The notes beneath the pieces were generated by a model that did not search any database, had not been told where the DNA came from, and saw nothing but the letters and a program-made list of their open reading frames with translations. 64,000 nt of DNA from Bacteroidota bacterium (lineage in GTDB: Bacteria; Bacteroidota; Bacteroidia; NS11-12g; UBA955). The stretch is from positions 1,962-65,961 of the forward strand of contig JAURNR010000054.1 of NCBI GenBank assembly GCA_030830065.1, read 5' to 3'. Every line of letters begins with the position of its first letter. Position 1 is the first letter of the stretch. The position numbers were made by a program, and so were the translations under genes. Positions 46,896-57,223 of this stretch are shown one piece after another.

Positions 46896-47561
46896 GTGAG
46901 TTCGCATCATATAGTTCGAGATAATCAGGAGCCGGCATTAATTATTGCTAATGGAGAAAGTTGTGACTTGGGACTTTTAGGGGATTTAATGGAATGGACC
47001 CCGTATACAGTTGTATTAGATGGTGCAATGAAACGGGTGCTAGAAGCGGGTATTCGTTGTGATGTTTGGCTAGGTGATTTTGATTCAGGAGATGAAATTA
47101 ACCTTCAAGAACATCCTCATCTATCTCATATTCAAAAAGTACATATAGAAAATCAAGATTTAACAGATCTTCAAAAGGGTATTGAGTATTTAATCCAAGA
47201 GGGATTTACAGGTGTTAATATTGTTTGGGCCACAGGCAAACGTCAAGATCATCACGTAAATAATATTTTGACCCTTTCAAAATACTCAGAAAGAATTTCA
47301 CTAAATATAATTGATGATTATTCAAGAATATATCCTTGTCCTAATTTGTATAAAAAGTGGTATCAAAAAGGAACATCAATATCATTAATTCCAGTTGGGG
47401 AGGCAACAGGTGTAAATACAAAGAATTTGAGATGGAACCTCTCAAATGAGCGATTATTTTTACCAAACTTTACCAGTAGTTCAAACGAAGTATTGGAAGA
47501 TGGATTCGTGGAAATCTCGTTTAAAGATGGTCATCTTTTAGTTATGGAATGTTGGGATTGA
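46896..47561 (+). CDS. Thiamine diphosphokinase
   Basis: GDFDS motif and the TPK catalytic and B1-binding domains. The GTG 46896 start (VSSHHIVRDNQEPALII...) matches the usual N-terminus of the family. The track start 46797 is probably an over-extension. Confidence 0.7.
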   Translation: MSSHHIVRDNQEPALIIANGESCDLGLLGDLMEWTPYTVVLDGAMKRVLEAGIRCDVWLGDFDSGDEINLQEHPHLSHIQKVHIENQDLTDLQKGIEYLIQEGFTGVNIVWATGKRQDHHVNNILTLSKYSERISLNIIDDYSRIYPCPNLYKKWYQKGTSISLIPVGEATGVNTKNLRWNLSNERLFLPNFTSSSNEVLEDGFVEISFKDGHLLVMECWD

Positions 47562-47577
47562 TTACGAACTTTCGGGC

Positions 47578-48345
47578 ATGAAAGTTATATCCTATAACCT
47601 AAATGGTATTAGAGCAGCTTGTAATAAAGGGCTAGTTGAATATTTAAAAGAAGAAAATGCCGATTTTGTTTGTTTTCAGGAGTTAAAGGCTTTACCAGAG
47701 CAAATAGATATTCCTGCATTTGAGGCATTAGGATATTATTGCTATTGGTTTTCAGCGCAAAAAAAGGGGTATAGCGGAGTAGGGATTCTAAGTAAGGAAT
47801 TACCAAAAAATATTGTAGAGGGTATAGGTCATGAATTGTTTGATTTTGAAGGACGTGTATTGCGATTAGATTTTGATTGGGGAAGTATTATTTCTGCATA
47901 TTTTCCTAGTGGAACAACAGGTGATTTAAGACAAACTGTTAAAATGGAATTTTTAGAAAATTTCTACACGCATATTGATCAATTACGCAAAGAACAGTCA
48001 AACATTATTGTTTGCGGTGATTATAATATTTGTCATGAACCAGTTGATATACACGACCCTGTTAGTAATAAAAATAGTTCTGGCTTTTTACCTGAAGAAA
48101 GAGAGTGGATGACCCGATGGTTTAATAGTGGTTTTGTGGATTCTTTCCGAGTATTGCATTTAGATGAACCTCACAATTATACATGGTGGAGTTACCGTGC
48201 GAATGCAAGGGCAAATAATAAAGGTTGGAGGATTGATTACATTTCAGTGAGTGAGGAATTAGCAAAAAAAATAAACGGCTCGGGAATACATCCTCAAGCC
48301 GTTCATAGTGATCATTGTCCTAGTTGGACAGAAATATCAGTTTAA
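47578..48345 (+). CDS. xth: Exodeoxyribonuclease III (EEP family AP endonuclease)
   Basis: MKVISYNLNGIRA..., FQELK, GDYNICH, SDHCP. Confidence 0.9.
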   Translation: MKVISYNLNGIRAACNKGLVEYLKEENADFVCFQELKALPEQIDIPAFEALGYYCYWFSAQKKGYSGVGILSKELPKNIVEGIGHELFDFEGRVLRLDFDWGSIISAYFPSGTTGDLRQTVKMEFLENFYTHIDQLRKEQSNIIVCGDYNICHEPVDIHDPVSNKNSSGFLPEEREWMTRWFNSGFVDSFRVLHLDEPHNYTWWSYRANARANNKGWRIDYISVSEELAKKINGSGIHPQAVHSDHCPSWTEISV

Positions 48346-49397
48346 TCTACCCAACGTTCAGTTATTCCACCGTTTGGTGTAATTATCATCATTTTTGTCT
48401 TCACTGTATTATTGTGAACTGTGTTTACAGGTATTTTTCGTGTAAACGAAACGTTCATTGTATATACCATTTGAATACTTGGCTCGAGTGGATTTGGGTT
48501 AATCACCGCATCAAATGAGTTCCCTGATATCCTGTTATGGAACAATGTTGATCTGTTAGGACGCTTTGCAGTTTCTTCTGCATTATCATCAGAAATTGCA
48601 CTTACTGCCATAGGTTGATAATTTACATATTGGTCAACTGGGTCAACTTGGTTGGTATTTTCAGATACAATCCTGTAACAGGTATCTAGATTAACCTTTA
48701 GCTCTTTGAATGATTTCATTCTTTCATTTAAGATAGAAATTGCCGCTTTTCTCATTTGATTTTTTGCAAAATGTGTTGAATCATAATGATATTCTACTTT
48801 TATTAAATCATAGATTTCGCATTGCGCTGCAATGGTAAAAAGTCGATCAAGTTGCTCAGGTTTGTCATAACGAACATGAATGTTCTTTTGCATTTCAAAG
48901 CCTTTAGGAACTTCAATGTAGGCACTTGAAAATAATTTTTTTTCTTTTCTGAAGATAGGAACCAATGCAATCATATCTACATAAAAGCTTTCAGGTTTAA
49001 GCCCAATTTCCTTCCCCATATTAACAAATTTTCTAACTCTCTTGGTTAGCTTACTATCTAATTCAACAATTTTTTCACCTGCTTGATTCATGTGAAAAAT
49101 TGCCGTGTAACCGGTAGGTTCGGCATTTTTTAATACTTGGATGGTTAGATTGGTATTGTTTGCGTCAGAATATGTTCCTTGTTGAGCTTTTTTGTTATCT
49201 CCAAAGTTCCATTGATGCGAAACTATACCTTGATTTATTTGAGCTTGATTTGCCATGGGGGCAGCAAATGAACGATTCTCGTAGGTAGCGTTCATTTTAA
49301 AACGATTGTTTTCATTCCATGTGGAATTACCGGATACTTGAGCCTGTGAGCTAAAGGCGATGGTTATGCCAATTAGACCAAAAAGTAAATTTTTCAT
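48342..49397 (-). CDS. Secreted protein of unknown function
   Basis: Signal peptide MKNLLFGLIGITIAFSSQAQ and no motif I can name. A weak resemblance to SIMPL-like alpha/beta domains is not established. Confidence 0.4.
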   Translation of the reverse strand: MKNLLFGLIGITIAFSSQAQVSGNSTWNENNRFKMNATYENRSFAAPMANQAQINQGIVSHQWNFGDNKKAQQGTYSDANNTNLTIQVLKNAEPTGYTAIFHMNQAGEKIVELDSKLTKRVRKFVNMGKEIGLKPESFYVDMIALVPIFRKEKKLFSSAYIEVPKGFEMQKNIHVRYDKPEQLDRLFTIAAQCEIYDLIKVEYHYDSTHFAKNQMRKAAISILNERMKSFKELKVNLDTCYRIVSENTNQVDPVDQYVNYQPMAVSAISDDNAEETAKRPNRSTLFHNRISGNSFDAVINPNPLEPSIQMVYTMNVSFTRKIPVNTVHNNTVKTKMMIITPNGGITERWVD

Positions 49398-49430
49398 AGT
49401 TTGATTTATTGTGTAACGAACTTATATACC

Positions 49431-50600
49431 TTAAGGGTACACAAAGTTGTGGGTTTTGTTATTAATTGTAAGTTTTTTACCTGAGTATGACTCGGTATGA
49501 CCAATGATTTGAGCTTCAATGCCATAGTCTTTTGCAATGGAAATCATATTTTGAGCAGATTTTTCATCAGTGTATATTTCAAGTCGATGACCCATGTTAA
49601 ACACTTGGTACATCTCTTTCCAGTCTGTATTACTTTCTGACTGAATTAATTTAAACAATGGTGGTACGGGTAATAAGTTCTCTTTTACCACGTGCAAGTC
49701 ATCAATAAAATGAAGAATTTTTGTTTGACCGCCACCAGAACAATGTACCATGCCTTTAATTTGATTTCTACCAACTTCCTCAATGATAGATTTTACAAGT
49801 GGTGCATAAGTTCGAGTTGGAGAAAGTACCAGTTTTCCCGCATCAACGGGACTTCCTTCAACTGAGTCCGTTAAAAAAGTCTTACCGCAATATACTACAT
49901 CATTGGGTAGTGATGTATCGTATGATTCGGGATACTTTTCTCTGTAAATATTGGAAAAAACATCATGTCGCGCACTGGTTAACCCGTTAGAACCCATACC
50001 GCCATTATATTGCTTTTCATAGGTAGTTTGACCATAGCTCGCAAAACCTACTATTACTTGATTTTCATTGATATTTGCGTTGTCTATAATTTCATTTCTT
50101 TTAGATTGTGCGATCAAGGTGCTGTCTACCACTACGGTTCTTACCAAATCACCTAAATCAGCGGTTTCCCCACCCGTTGTATGTATTTCAATCCCATGCT
50201 GGCGCATGTTTTCGCAAAATTCTTCCGTTCCGTTTATTATTTCTGCGATTACCTCTCCAGGGATATTTCCCTTATGTCTGCCTATGGTGCTGGAAAGCAA
50301 AAATGGCCCAGTAGACCCAACACACAATAAGTCATCTGTATTCATGACAATGGCATCTTGGGCAATTCCTTTCCATACCGAAATGTCTCCCGTCTCTTTC
50401 CAATAAAGGTAGGCAAGACTACTCTTAGTACCCGCTCCATCGGCGTGCATGATGGTACACATTTCAGGGTTTCCTGATAATTGGTCTGGAATGATTTTAC
50501 AAAACGCTTTAGGGAAAAGTCCCTTGTCTAGGTTTTTAATTGCGTTATGGACGTCTTCTTTTTGGGATGAAACTCCGCGTTGCGCGTATTTATTAGACAT
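49431..50600 (-). CDS. purM: Phosphoribosylformylglycinamidine cyclo-ligase (AIR synthase), long Bacteroidota form
   Basis: MHADGAGTKS and VHCSGGGQTK motifs, PurM N- and C-terminal domains. ATG at 50598-50600 chosen (MSNKYAQRGVSS...). Confidence 0.8.
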   Translation of the reverse strand: MSNKYAQRGVSSQKEDVHNAIKNLDKGLFPKAFCKIIPDQLSGNPEMCTIMHADGAGTKSSLAYLYWKETGDISVWKGIAQDAIVMNTDDLLCVGSTGPFLLSSTIGRHKGNIPGEVIAEIINGTEEFCENMRQHGIEIHTTGGETADLGDLVRTVVVDSTLIAQSKRNEIIDNANINENQVIVGFASYGQTTYEKQYNGGMGSNGLTSARHDVFSNIYREKYPESYDTSLPNDVVYCGKTFLTDSVEGSPVDAGKLVLSPTRTYAPLVKSIIEEVGRNQIKGMVHCSGGGQTKILHFIDDLHVVKENLLPVPPLFKLIQSESNTDWKEMYQVFNMGHRLEIYTDEKSAQNMISIAKDYGIEAQIIGHTESYSGKKLTINNKTHNFVYP

Positions 50601-50605
50601 TGATA

Positions 50606-50613
50606 CAAATATA
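50606..50613 (-). promoter_or_regulatory. -7 promoter box (TATATTTG on minus strand), 5 nt upstream of purM ATG
   Basis: The plus strand reads CAAATATA, whose reverse complement matches TAnnTTTG. Confidence 0.4.
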
Positions 50614-50635
50614 CATTGAAAAGGGCAGTTGTAAT

Positions 50636-51112
50636 TTACAGATGTTGTCTTGAATTGAGGTAGTTTACCCAATGCACTGTATTTTGTTCAATTATTTGAT
50701 ATACCTTCTCAAAACCTTCTTCTCCACCGTACCATGGGTCAGGGACATTTGAATTCGGAGCTTCAGGGTCTAATTCACGAAATAAATGGATCTTATCTTT
50801 TTGTTCCTGAGTTCTACAAAAGTTCAAAACTTGAAAATGAACATCGGATGCCATAGTTAATATTACATCAAAATCCATTAGATCTCCCAAAGTAAGTTGA
50901 CGGCTGATTGAATTTACCTCAATTCCATGTGATTCTGCATTCCTACGAGTTCTTTCATCTGCTTGTTCACCATTATGATATCCGTTGGTTCCACAAGAGT
51001 CGATGTAATATTGATCGGTAAATCCTAAAGTTTCAATTTTATGTTTAAATAATGCTTCCGCCAACGGGCTACGACAAATATTTCCTAGACATACAAAGAG
51101 AATTTTTTTCAC
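50636..51112 (-). CDS. Low-molecular-weight protein-tyrosine phosphatase
   Basis: P-loop CLGNICRSP and the DP acid loop VPDPWYG. Confidence 0.85.
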   Translation of the reverse strand: MKKILFVCLGNICRSPLAEALFKHKIETLGFTDQYYIDSCGTNGYHNGEQADERTRRNAESHGIEVNSISRQLTLGDLMDFDVILTMASDVHFQVLNFCRTQEQKDKIHLFRELDPEAPNSNVPDPWYGGEEGFEKVYQIIEQNTVHWVNYLNSRQHL

Positions 51113-51146
51113 AAGACGAAGATATCAAAAACAGAAAAATAGATAA

Positions 51147-52220
51147 TTAATTTTTTATAATAGTCTCAATATCTGAGCTTTTAAATTTAATCAATAACGA
51201 AGTCCCGTCATCGTTATCAACCACGCCGTATATTTCATTCTGAGTATTTATTCCCACACCCTCCAATTTCAAATTTTTATTTAGCCTAGAAGAAGCTACC
51301 TTCAGAAATCTAATATCATTAATATCTAAATTTGGAGTTGTTGAATTTATTGAAGATGATTTTACAGGGATAAAACATATAAAACTGCCTAGAATATCGC
51401 CGTCATTAATTATTCCTTTATCATCTTCAACTGAAGCGCACAGAAAAAGACCACCTGCTGAACTCGAATATTCTCCTCCAGATAGCGTAGATTTTATACC
51501 TTGGATCGATGGCATCAAACTATCTAACTCTAACTTAAACTTCAATTTAGGTACTTCAATAGAATGGGTAGAATCTTTAAAATATTTTTTCCAGTCACTT
51601 AAACTGTAGAACAATAGTGAATTGGTCTCTCTATTTACTAGTGCAAAATGATTTGCAAAATTTAATGCACCTTCAATATTCCATTTTTGGGGTTTAATAT
51701 CTGCGTCTTTTTGAAGTTTTTTATAAGTTTGTTCTAAGGAAGTAAACCTTAAATTTTTCGAAGAAATATCATATCCAAATTGGAAATACCGACTTGGATA
51801 TTTTGAACCAGATCCCCACCCCCAAATAACAGAATCTTCCATTATGTAATTTAGGGCTTCAAAATCAAGTTTATATTTTTTCTCAACACGACCTTTGTTG
51901 TTTGTTTTTTGATTGCCAGGAAACTTTATTTTCAACCGTTCGACGTTTAATACTAACAAATCTCTGGCATCATCGCCCACAATAAAAATTGTTGAATCAA
52001 CACATACGATGCCTGAAGCCGATGGATAATCCTTTATTTCAATAACTTCAAAATTTGAAACAGAGTCAATAACTTCAATATTTTTTGTATTTAATTGGTT
52101 GTTACTATTAATTCTATGACATCCGCTGGAAAATGTTGTAAATACAACAATGGATAAAACACTAGAAAGGTATTTGTTCAGAAAATTACCGCTTTTGTTA
52201 TAATTAAATTTCATTGACAA
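51147..52220 (-). CDS. Lipoprotein of unknown function (possibly beta-propeller-like)
   Basis: Lipobox-like FTTFSSGC. There are no catalytic motifs I recognise. Confidence 0.4.
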   Translation of the reverse strand: MSMKFNYNKSGNFLNKYLSSVLSIVVFTTFSSGCHRINSNNQLNTKNIEVIDSVSNFEVIEIKDYPSASGIVCVDSTIFIVGDDARDLLVLNVERLKIKFPGNQKTNNKGRVEKKYKLDFEALNYIMEDSVIWGWGSGSKYPSRYFQFGYDISSKNLRFTSLEQTYKKLQKDADIKPQKWNIEGALNFANHFALVNRETNSLLFYSLSDWKKYFKDSTHSIEVPKLKFKLELDSLMPSIQGIKSTLSGGEYSSSAGGLFLCASVEDDKGIINDGDILGSFICFIPVKSSSINSTTPNLDINDIRFLKVASSRLNKNLKLEGVGINTQNEIYGVVDNDDGTSLLIKFKSSDIETIIKN

Positions 52221-52254
52221 TTTCTTAAATTGGCATACTCTAAAACCAACCTTT

Positions 52255-55200
52255 ATGAACTATCCAAAGATAAATAAAGCACTTTATCTAAGTGTTATCA
52301 TTTTTTCCTCTCTATTCATAGTAAAATTAAAAGCCCAAACCACCAATCAAAATTTCAGGAACCAGTTAACAGAAGTCCTAGAAAAACTTCCAAAACGAAA
52401 TCTTGGACCAGGGGCTATGAGCGGCAGAATTACCTCAATTGCGGTTCCTTACCACGTACCTTTCGGAAGTTCAAATAGGAATACAATTTATGTGGGTGCG
52501 GCAAGTGGTGGTGTATGGAAAAGTACCGACGCGGGATATAAATGGGAACCCATTTTTGATAAAAATAACGTTCAAAGTATAGGGTCAATTGCAATTGATC
52601 CTCAAAATCCCGACGCTATTTGGGTTGGAACAGGAGAAGGAAACCCTCGAAATAGTCACAACTCGGGTAAAGGTATCTACCGGAGTTTAGATGGAGGTAA
52701 AACTTGGAAATGTATGGGTTTGCAATCTACTCGAACCATTCATAGAATTATTGTGAACCCAAACAATAGTAAACAGATTTTTGTCGGAGCTATGGGTTCC
52801 GTTTGGGGTCCAAATGAGCAACGTGGTGTTTACCGCAGTGATGACGGTGGCGAAACTTGGAAGAAAATTTTATATACCAATTCAAGCAGTGGTTGTGCAG
52901 AATTGGTGATGGATCCAGTGAACCCCAACAAGATTTTTGCTTGTATGTATGATTATGAGCGAAAGCCTTGGACTTTTCGCAGTGGTGGACCAGGATCTGG
53001 CTTATATATTACTCATGATGGCGGTGAAAATTGGAAAAAAATCACATCAAAAGAAGGCTTTCCAGAGGGTGAATACGGCAGAATTGGTATAGCAATACCT
53101 CGTGTAAATTCGAAACGAGTTTATGCAATTGTTGAAGCAAAAAAAACAGGATTTTATCGTAGTGAAGATGGAGGAATAAGTTGGACTCGAATAACTGATG
53201 ATGCCAATGCTGGAAATAGACCTTTTTATTATCACGAAATATATGCTCATCCCACACAAGAAGATAAAGTGTATAGTATTTGGTCGCAAGTATCACACTC
53301 TTTAGACGCCGGAGAGCACTGGAAAATATTGGCAAACTGGGGCGAAATTCATCCCGATCATCATGCATTTTTTATTCACCCTAATGATCCAAATTATATA
53401 ATCAATGGTAATGATGGTGGTGTAAATATTTCATATGACGGTGGAAAATCTTGGCGTTTTGCAGAAAATATTCCGGTAGGGCAATTTTACCATATTGACA
53501 TAGATAATTACGAACCCTACAATATCTACGGAGGACTTCAAGATAACGGTAGTTGGGTTGGACCAGCTTATCACTGGAGCAGAGGCCCAATTCGTAATCA
53601 CGAGTGGCAAGAGGTGTTGTTTGGAGATGGATTCGACTGTTCACCAGTTCCAATGCAAAAAGGAATGGGGTATGCTCAGTGGCAAGGAGGAAATGTGTAC
53701 CGATTTGACCTAAAATCGCATTTGAATGTCCCCATTAAACCAACGCACCCTGAAGGAAAACATCTTCGTTTTAATTGGAACGCAGGTATGCAGGTTGATC
53801 CAATTAACCCTAATGGCCTATATTTTGGAAGCCAATATCTACATTATTCTGAGGACCGAGGAAATACCTGGAAAATTATTAGTTCGGATTTAACCACCAA
53901 CGATTCTTCAAAGTTAAAGCAGGCTGAAAGTGGCGGTTTAACGGTCGATGCGACAGGTGCAGAAAATTATTGTAGTATTTTGTCAATAGCGGCTTGTAGG
54001 AATGATAAAAATATAATTTGGGTAGGAACTGATGATGGAAATATACAGTTGACTCGTGATAGGGGTGTAACATGGAGTTTGGTATCTAAGAATATAAAAG
54101 GATTACCAAAAAATGCTTGGATTCCATATCTCTGGATTTCTGAAGATGGAAAAACTTGTTGGGCTGTAGCGAATAACTACAGACAGAACGATTGGGGAAC
54201 TTATGTTTTTAAATCGATTGATTTTGGAAAGACATGGTTAAATATGACCACCAACAATGTAGAGGATGCAAATGGATTGGTTCTTAGCTTACGAGGAAAA
54301 TCACAAGATGTAGATTTAGAAATAGAAAACGAAATGGGTTATGCTCGCTGTGTATTACCGCATCCACAGAGTAAAAATTTAGTTTTTTTAGGTACAGATA
54401 GAGGGTTATGGTTTAGCATAAACGGGGGTAAAACATGGAGAAAATGGACTGAAGGATTTCCTGCTGTACCTGTTTCTGATTTGAAGATTCAAGAGTATCA
54501 TAACGATTTAGTGGTGGGCACTTTTGGAAGAGGTATTTGGGTAATAGATGATATTTCAATACTCCAAAATATGGCTGCTGGTGAGGCATTATGTAATGAT
54601 AAAGAAGAAATTAAGATTGTAAATTCAAAAAATGGAAGATGGGTTGAAAGAATGAATACCCCTGGTGCTCGATTCGTCACGGAAACAGCTTTTGCTGCTC
54701 CTGACAAGCAAAGTGGTGTTTTAGTTGATCTGTGGTTGAATACAACAGAGAAATCTAAAATCAAACTTCAAGGAGAAGTATACAATACAGAAAATCAAAA
54801 AATCCGTACCCACAGATTTACATTTGATAGCACTGGATATTACAGAATATATTGGAATATGATTGCTGACGGGGTTAGATTCCCATCTCATCATACGCCC
54901 AAAGAAGATTCAGACTTGCCATACGGATTAAGAGTGAAACCCGGAAAGTATAAATTGGTAGTTCGTAATCAAGGTGATACTATTAAATTCAAAGACAGCG
55001 TCTGGGTGGAAGTTCTACCGCCGACACAATTTGATTTGAATACACAGTATCAAAGAGTACTCGATAAATCTCAAGAATTTGCAGAGGTAGTTAAGAAGGC
55101 TACTTCATCTTTTGAGGCGTTGAAACAGATGCAATACAATCTTAATAAGGCGTCTAATATGGAATTTCAATCCAAGAAATTTGGAGATTCAATAAAGTTA

Positions 55201-55506
55201 GAAATTGCTCAAATCAACAAAAGCATTGACTCCTTGAAGAATAGGTTTATGCTTCCAGAAGGATACAGATATTACGAGGAATCCACGTTAAGATTGATGG
55301 ATATATTAGGAGAAGCTGGAGGCTTATTAAGAAGTTCGATTGAGTTGAATCAGAACACTGCAAATGCTATTGAGAATGCTCGGATCGCAACCGATAAAAT
55401 TTCAGATGAAATTAGAGATTTCATTCAAAACCGTTATCAGCCATTTATGGGTAAATTAAATTCAGATAAGGTTTGGGATTGGAGGAAGGAAATCGAAAAA
55501 TTCTAA
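52255..55506 (+). CDS. Sortilin/VPS10-like BNR (Asp-box) repeat protein, secreted
   Basis: Signal peptide plus about 11 Asp-box-like repeats (STDAGYKWE, SLDGGKTWK, SDDGGETWK, THDGGENWK, SEDGGISWT, SYDGGKSWR, SEDRGNTWK, ...). Confidence 0.8.
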   Translation: MNYPKINKALYLSVIIFSSLFIVKLKAQTTNQNFRNQLTEVLEKLPKRNLGPGAMSGRITSIAVPYHVPFGSSNRNTIYVGAASGGVWKSTDAGYKWEPIFDKNNVQSIGSIAIDPQNPDAIWVGTGEGNPRNSHNSGKGIYRSLDGGKTWKCMGLQSTRTIHRIIVNPNNSKQIFVGAMGSVWGPNEQRGVYRSDDGGETWKKILYTNSSSGCAELVMDPVNPNKIFACMYDYERKPWTFRSGGPGSGLYITHDGGENWKKITSKEGFPEGEYGRIGIAIPRVNSKRVYAIVEAKKTGFYRSEDGGISWTRITDDANAGNRPFYYHEIYAHPTQEDKVYSIWSQVSHSLDAGEHWKILANWGEIHPDHHAFFIHPNDPNYIINGNDGGVNISYDGGKSWRFAENIPVGQFYHIDIDNYEPYNIYGGLQDNGSWVGPAYHWSRGPIRNHEWQEVLFGDGFDCSPVPMQKGMGYAQWQGGNVYRFDLKSHLNVPIKPTHPEGKHLRFNWNAGMQVDPINPNGLYFGSQYLHYSEDRGNTWKIISSDLTTNDSSKLKQAESGGLTVDATGAENYCSILSIAACRNDKNIIWVGTDDGNIQLTRDRGVTWSLVSKNIKGLPKNAWIPYLWISEDGKTCWAVANNYRQNDWGTYVFKSIDFGKTWLNMTTNNVEDANGLVLSLRGKSQDVDLEIENEMGYARCVLPHPQSKNLVFLGTDRGLWFSINGGKTWRKWTEGFPAVPVSDLKIQEYHNDLVVGTFGRGIWVIDDISILQNMAAGEALCNDKEEIKIVNSKNGRWVERMNTPGARFVTETAFAAPDKQSGVLVDLWLNTTEKSKIKLQGEVYNTENQKIRTHRFTFDSTGYYRIYWNMIADGVRFPSHHTPKEDSDLPYGLRVKPGKYKLVVRNQGDTIKFKDSVWVEVLPPTQFDLNTQYQRVLDKSQEFAEVVKKATSSFEALKQMQYNLNKASNMEFQSKKFGDSIKLEIAQINKSIDSLKNRFMLPEGYRYYEESTLRLMDILGEAGGLLRSSIELNQNTANAIENARIATDKISDEIRDFIQNRYQPFMGKLNSDKVWDWRKEIEKF

Positions 55507-56246
55507 TTCTGAATTTCGTAGGTTAGATCCATGGTTACAGATGCAGTTTTATAGCGGTCTGAAGTGTTGTATGTGCCTCCCCAACTATATTCATCGGTTG
55601 AATTTTGTCCTACAATTTGAAATACTCCCATATCGGCATTTTTCAAATCTCCTAAGGATGCACCCGCTTCCTTGGCCATTATTTCTGCACGCTTTTTTGC
55701 ATCTTTTGTTGCCTTTGAAATAAGATCATGTTTCAGGCTTTCAAGATTAGTGAAATAGTAACGAGGGCTTCGGCTGTAAAATTCTACTCCCTGATTTAAA
55801 ACCTCCGTAATGGAACGAGAAATATCTTCCACCAGGTCAATTTTTTTAGAATCTATCTTTACCTCTTGACTCAATTGATATCCCAAAAATTGTTCGCCGA
55901 TTCTATTTCCTTCCGAATTATATAGGGTCTGTTTCTTTTCATTGGTAGAAACAGACCCAAAAATGATATCGCTCTTGTTGATTCCTTTATTGATAAGGAA
56001 ATCTTTTACAATGGCTCTATTCGTTTTAAGTTTTTGAAATGAACCCTGTAGTGATTGGTCCATAGCATAAAAATTTCCTTCCCAAACAATTAAATTAGAC
56101 TCAAAATTTTCAAGACCTATACCTTTTACTTTGATTTCGTTTTTATCAGAATAGCTGTTTCTATGAACGTAAGAGTAGCTTAAAATACTTACAGAAACCA
56201 CCGCAGCAATTGCTATAAGCCAGTAGTGTTTTTTAATATTTGACAT
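55503..56246 (-). CDS. SIMPL (DUF541)-like periplasmic protein with N-terminal anchor
   Basis: N-terminal TM YWLIAIAAVVSVSILSY, then IKVKGIGLENFESNLIVWEGNFYA... and a C-terminal ...TASVTMDLTYEI typical of SIMPL domains. Confidence 0.6.
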   Translation of the reverse strand: MSNIKKHYWLIAIAAVVSVSILSYSYVHRNSYSDKNEIKVKGIGLENFESNLIVWEGNFYAMDQSLQGSFQKLKTNRAIVKDFLINKGINKSDIIFGSVSTNEKKQTLYNSEGNRIGEQFLGYQLSQEVKIDSKKIDLVEDISRSITEVLNQGVEFYSRSPRYYFTNLESLKHDLISKATKDAKKRAEIMAKEAGASLGDLKNADMGVFQIVGQNSTDEYSWGGTYNTSDRYKTASVTMDLTYEIQN

Positions 56247-56298
56247 ATATAATTAATTAACGTCAGATAGGGGAGATTATTTCAACAGAGAGTTAGAA

Positions 56299-57132
56299 TT
56301 ATTTATCGCCTAAAATCAATGGTAAACCGTCTTTACCTCCTACAACTACAACTTTGCTATTATCAGACTTAGCCAATTCTTTAGTTGCTTCAATGCCTTT
56401 TTCCTTAAGGATTTTATCCGTTAATGATGCACTTAAAATGCGGTTTGCTCGTGCTTTACCTTCGGCGTCAATTCGTTGACGTTCTGCTTCTTGTTTTGCT
56501 TTTTCAATGCGGAATTCATATTCCAATGCTTCTTGCTCTTGTTTAAGCTTTCTCTCAATGGCTCCTTTAATAGTTGGAGGAAGAGTTACATCTCTAATCA
56601 AAACTTCATTAAGTTGAACAAATTGATTATCCAGAATCTTTTTTGTTTCAGAGTAAATTTCTTCTTGTATAGCATCCCTTTTTGAAGAATAGATTTGTTC
56701 TGGTGTGTATCGACCTACTACAGAACGAGTGGCAGATCGAATTGCAGGTTTAATAACGCGTTCCACATATTGCTCACCGCGCTTTTGGTGTAATTCACCT
56801 AATTGTTCAAATCGTGGTTGAAACCATATGGATGCTTCCAAAATAATATCCAAACCGTTTGAAGATAATACGGTCATTTTTTCATACCCTTCTTGCTGTC
56901 GCACTTCATATTTTATCATCTTATTCCATGGAGCAATTAGATGAAATCCTTCTCCATAAGTGTTTTTTACATCTACACCACCGCTGAACGGACGGTACAT
57001 TACACCGGCATTACCGGATTCAATAGTTACAGTGGAGTTAAAAAGAAAAATGAGTAATATTACGACCCCAGCAATAGGGAAAAGATATTTACGAACATTA
57101 ATTTCAGGGGGAGTGTTATTTTGAAAATCCAT
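56299..57132 (-). CDS. Prohibitin/SPFH (band 7) family membrane protein
   Basis: N-terminal TM, an SPFH domain and a C-terminal EQEALEYEFRIEKAKQEAERQRIDAEG coiled coil. Confidence 0.85.
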   Translation of the reverse strand: MDFQNNTPPEINVRKYLFPIAGVVILLIFLFNSTVTIESGNAGVMYRPFSGGVDVKNTYGEGFHLIAPWNKMIKYEVRQQEGYEKMTVLSSNGLDIILEASIWFQPRFEQLGELHQKRGEQYVERVIKPAIRSATRSVVGRYTPEQIYSSKRDAIQEEIYSETKKILDNQFVQLNEVLIRDVTLPPTIKGAIERKLKQEQEALEYEFRIEKAKQEAERQRIDAEGKARANRILSASLTDKILKEKGIEATKELAKSDNSKVVVVGGKDGLPLILGDK

Positions 57133-57223
57133 GCTCTAAATTAACAATATTTTATTGGTTTTCTTATTCAAGTCGTTTAACTGAGTTGATTGTTCGTTTT
57201 ATAACCGTTTAGTTACGCTACCA

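Noticed and set aside
48342-49397. Calling the 351-aa secreted protein a second SIMPL-domain protein
   Set aside because: The resemblance is only a vague secondary-structure impression. I cannot point to a conserved motif, so it stays as unknown function.
53042-54073. Four antisense ORFs (108, 80, 83 and 64 aa) inside the BNR/sortilin-like gene
   Set aside because: They lie wholly within a well-supported 1083-aa gene on the opposite strand and have low-complexity, His/Leu-rich translations with no motifs. They are most likely shadow ORFs.
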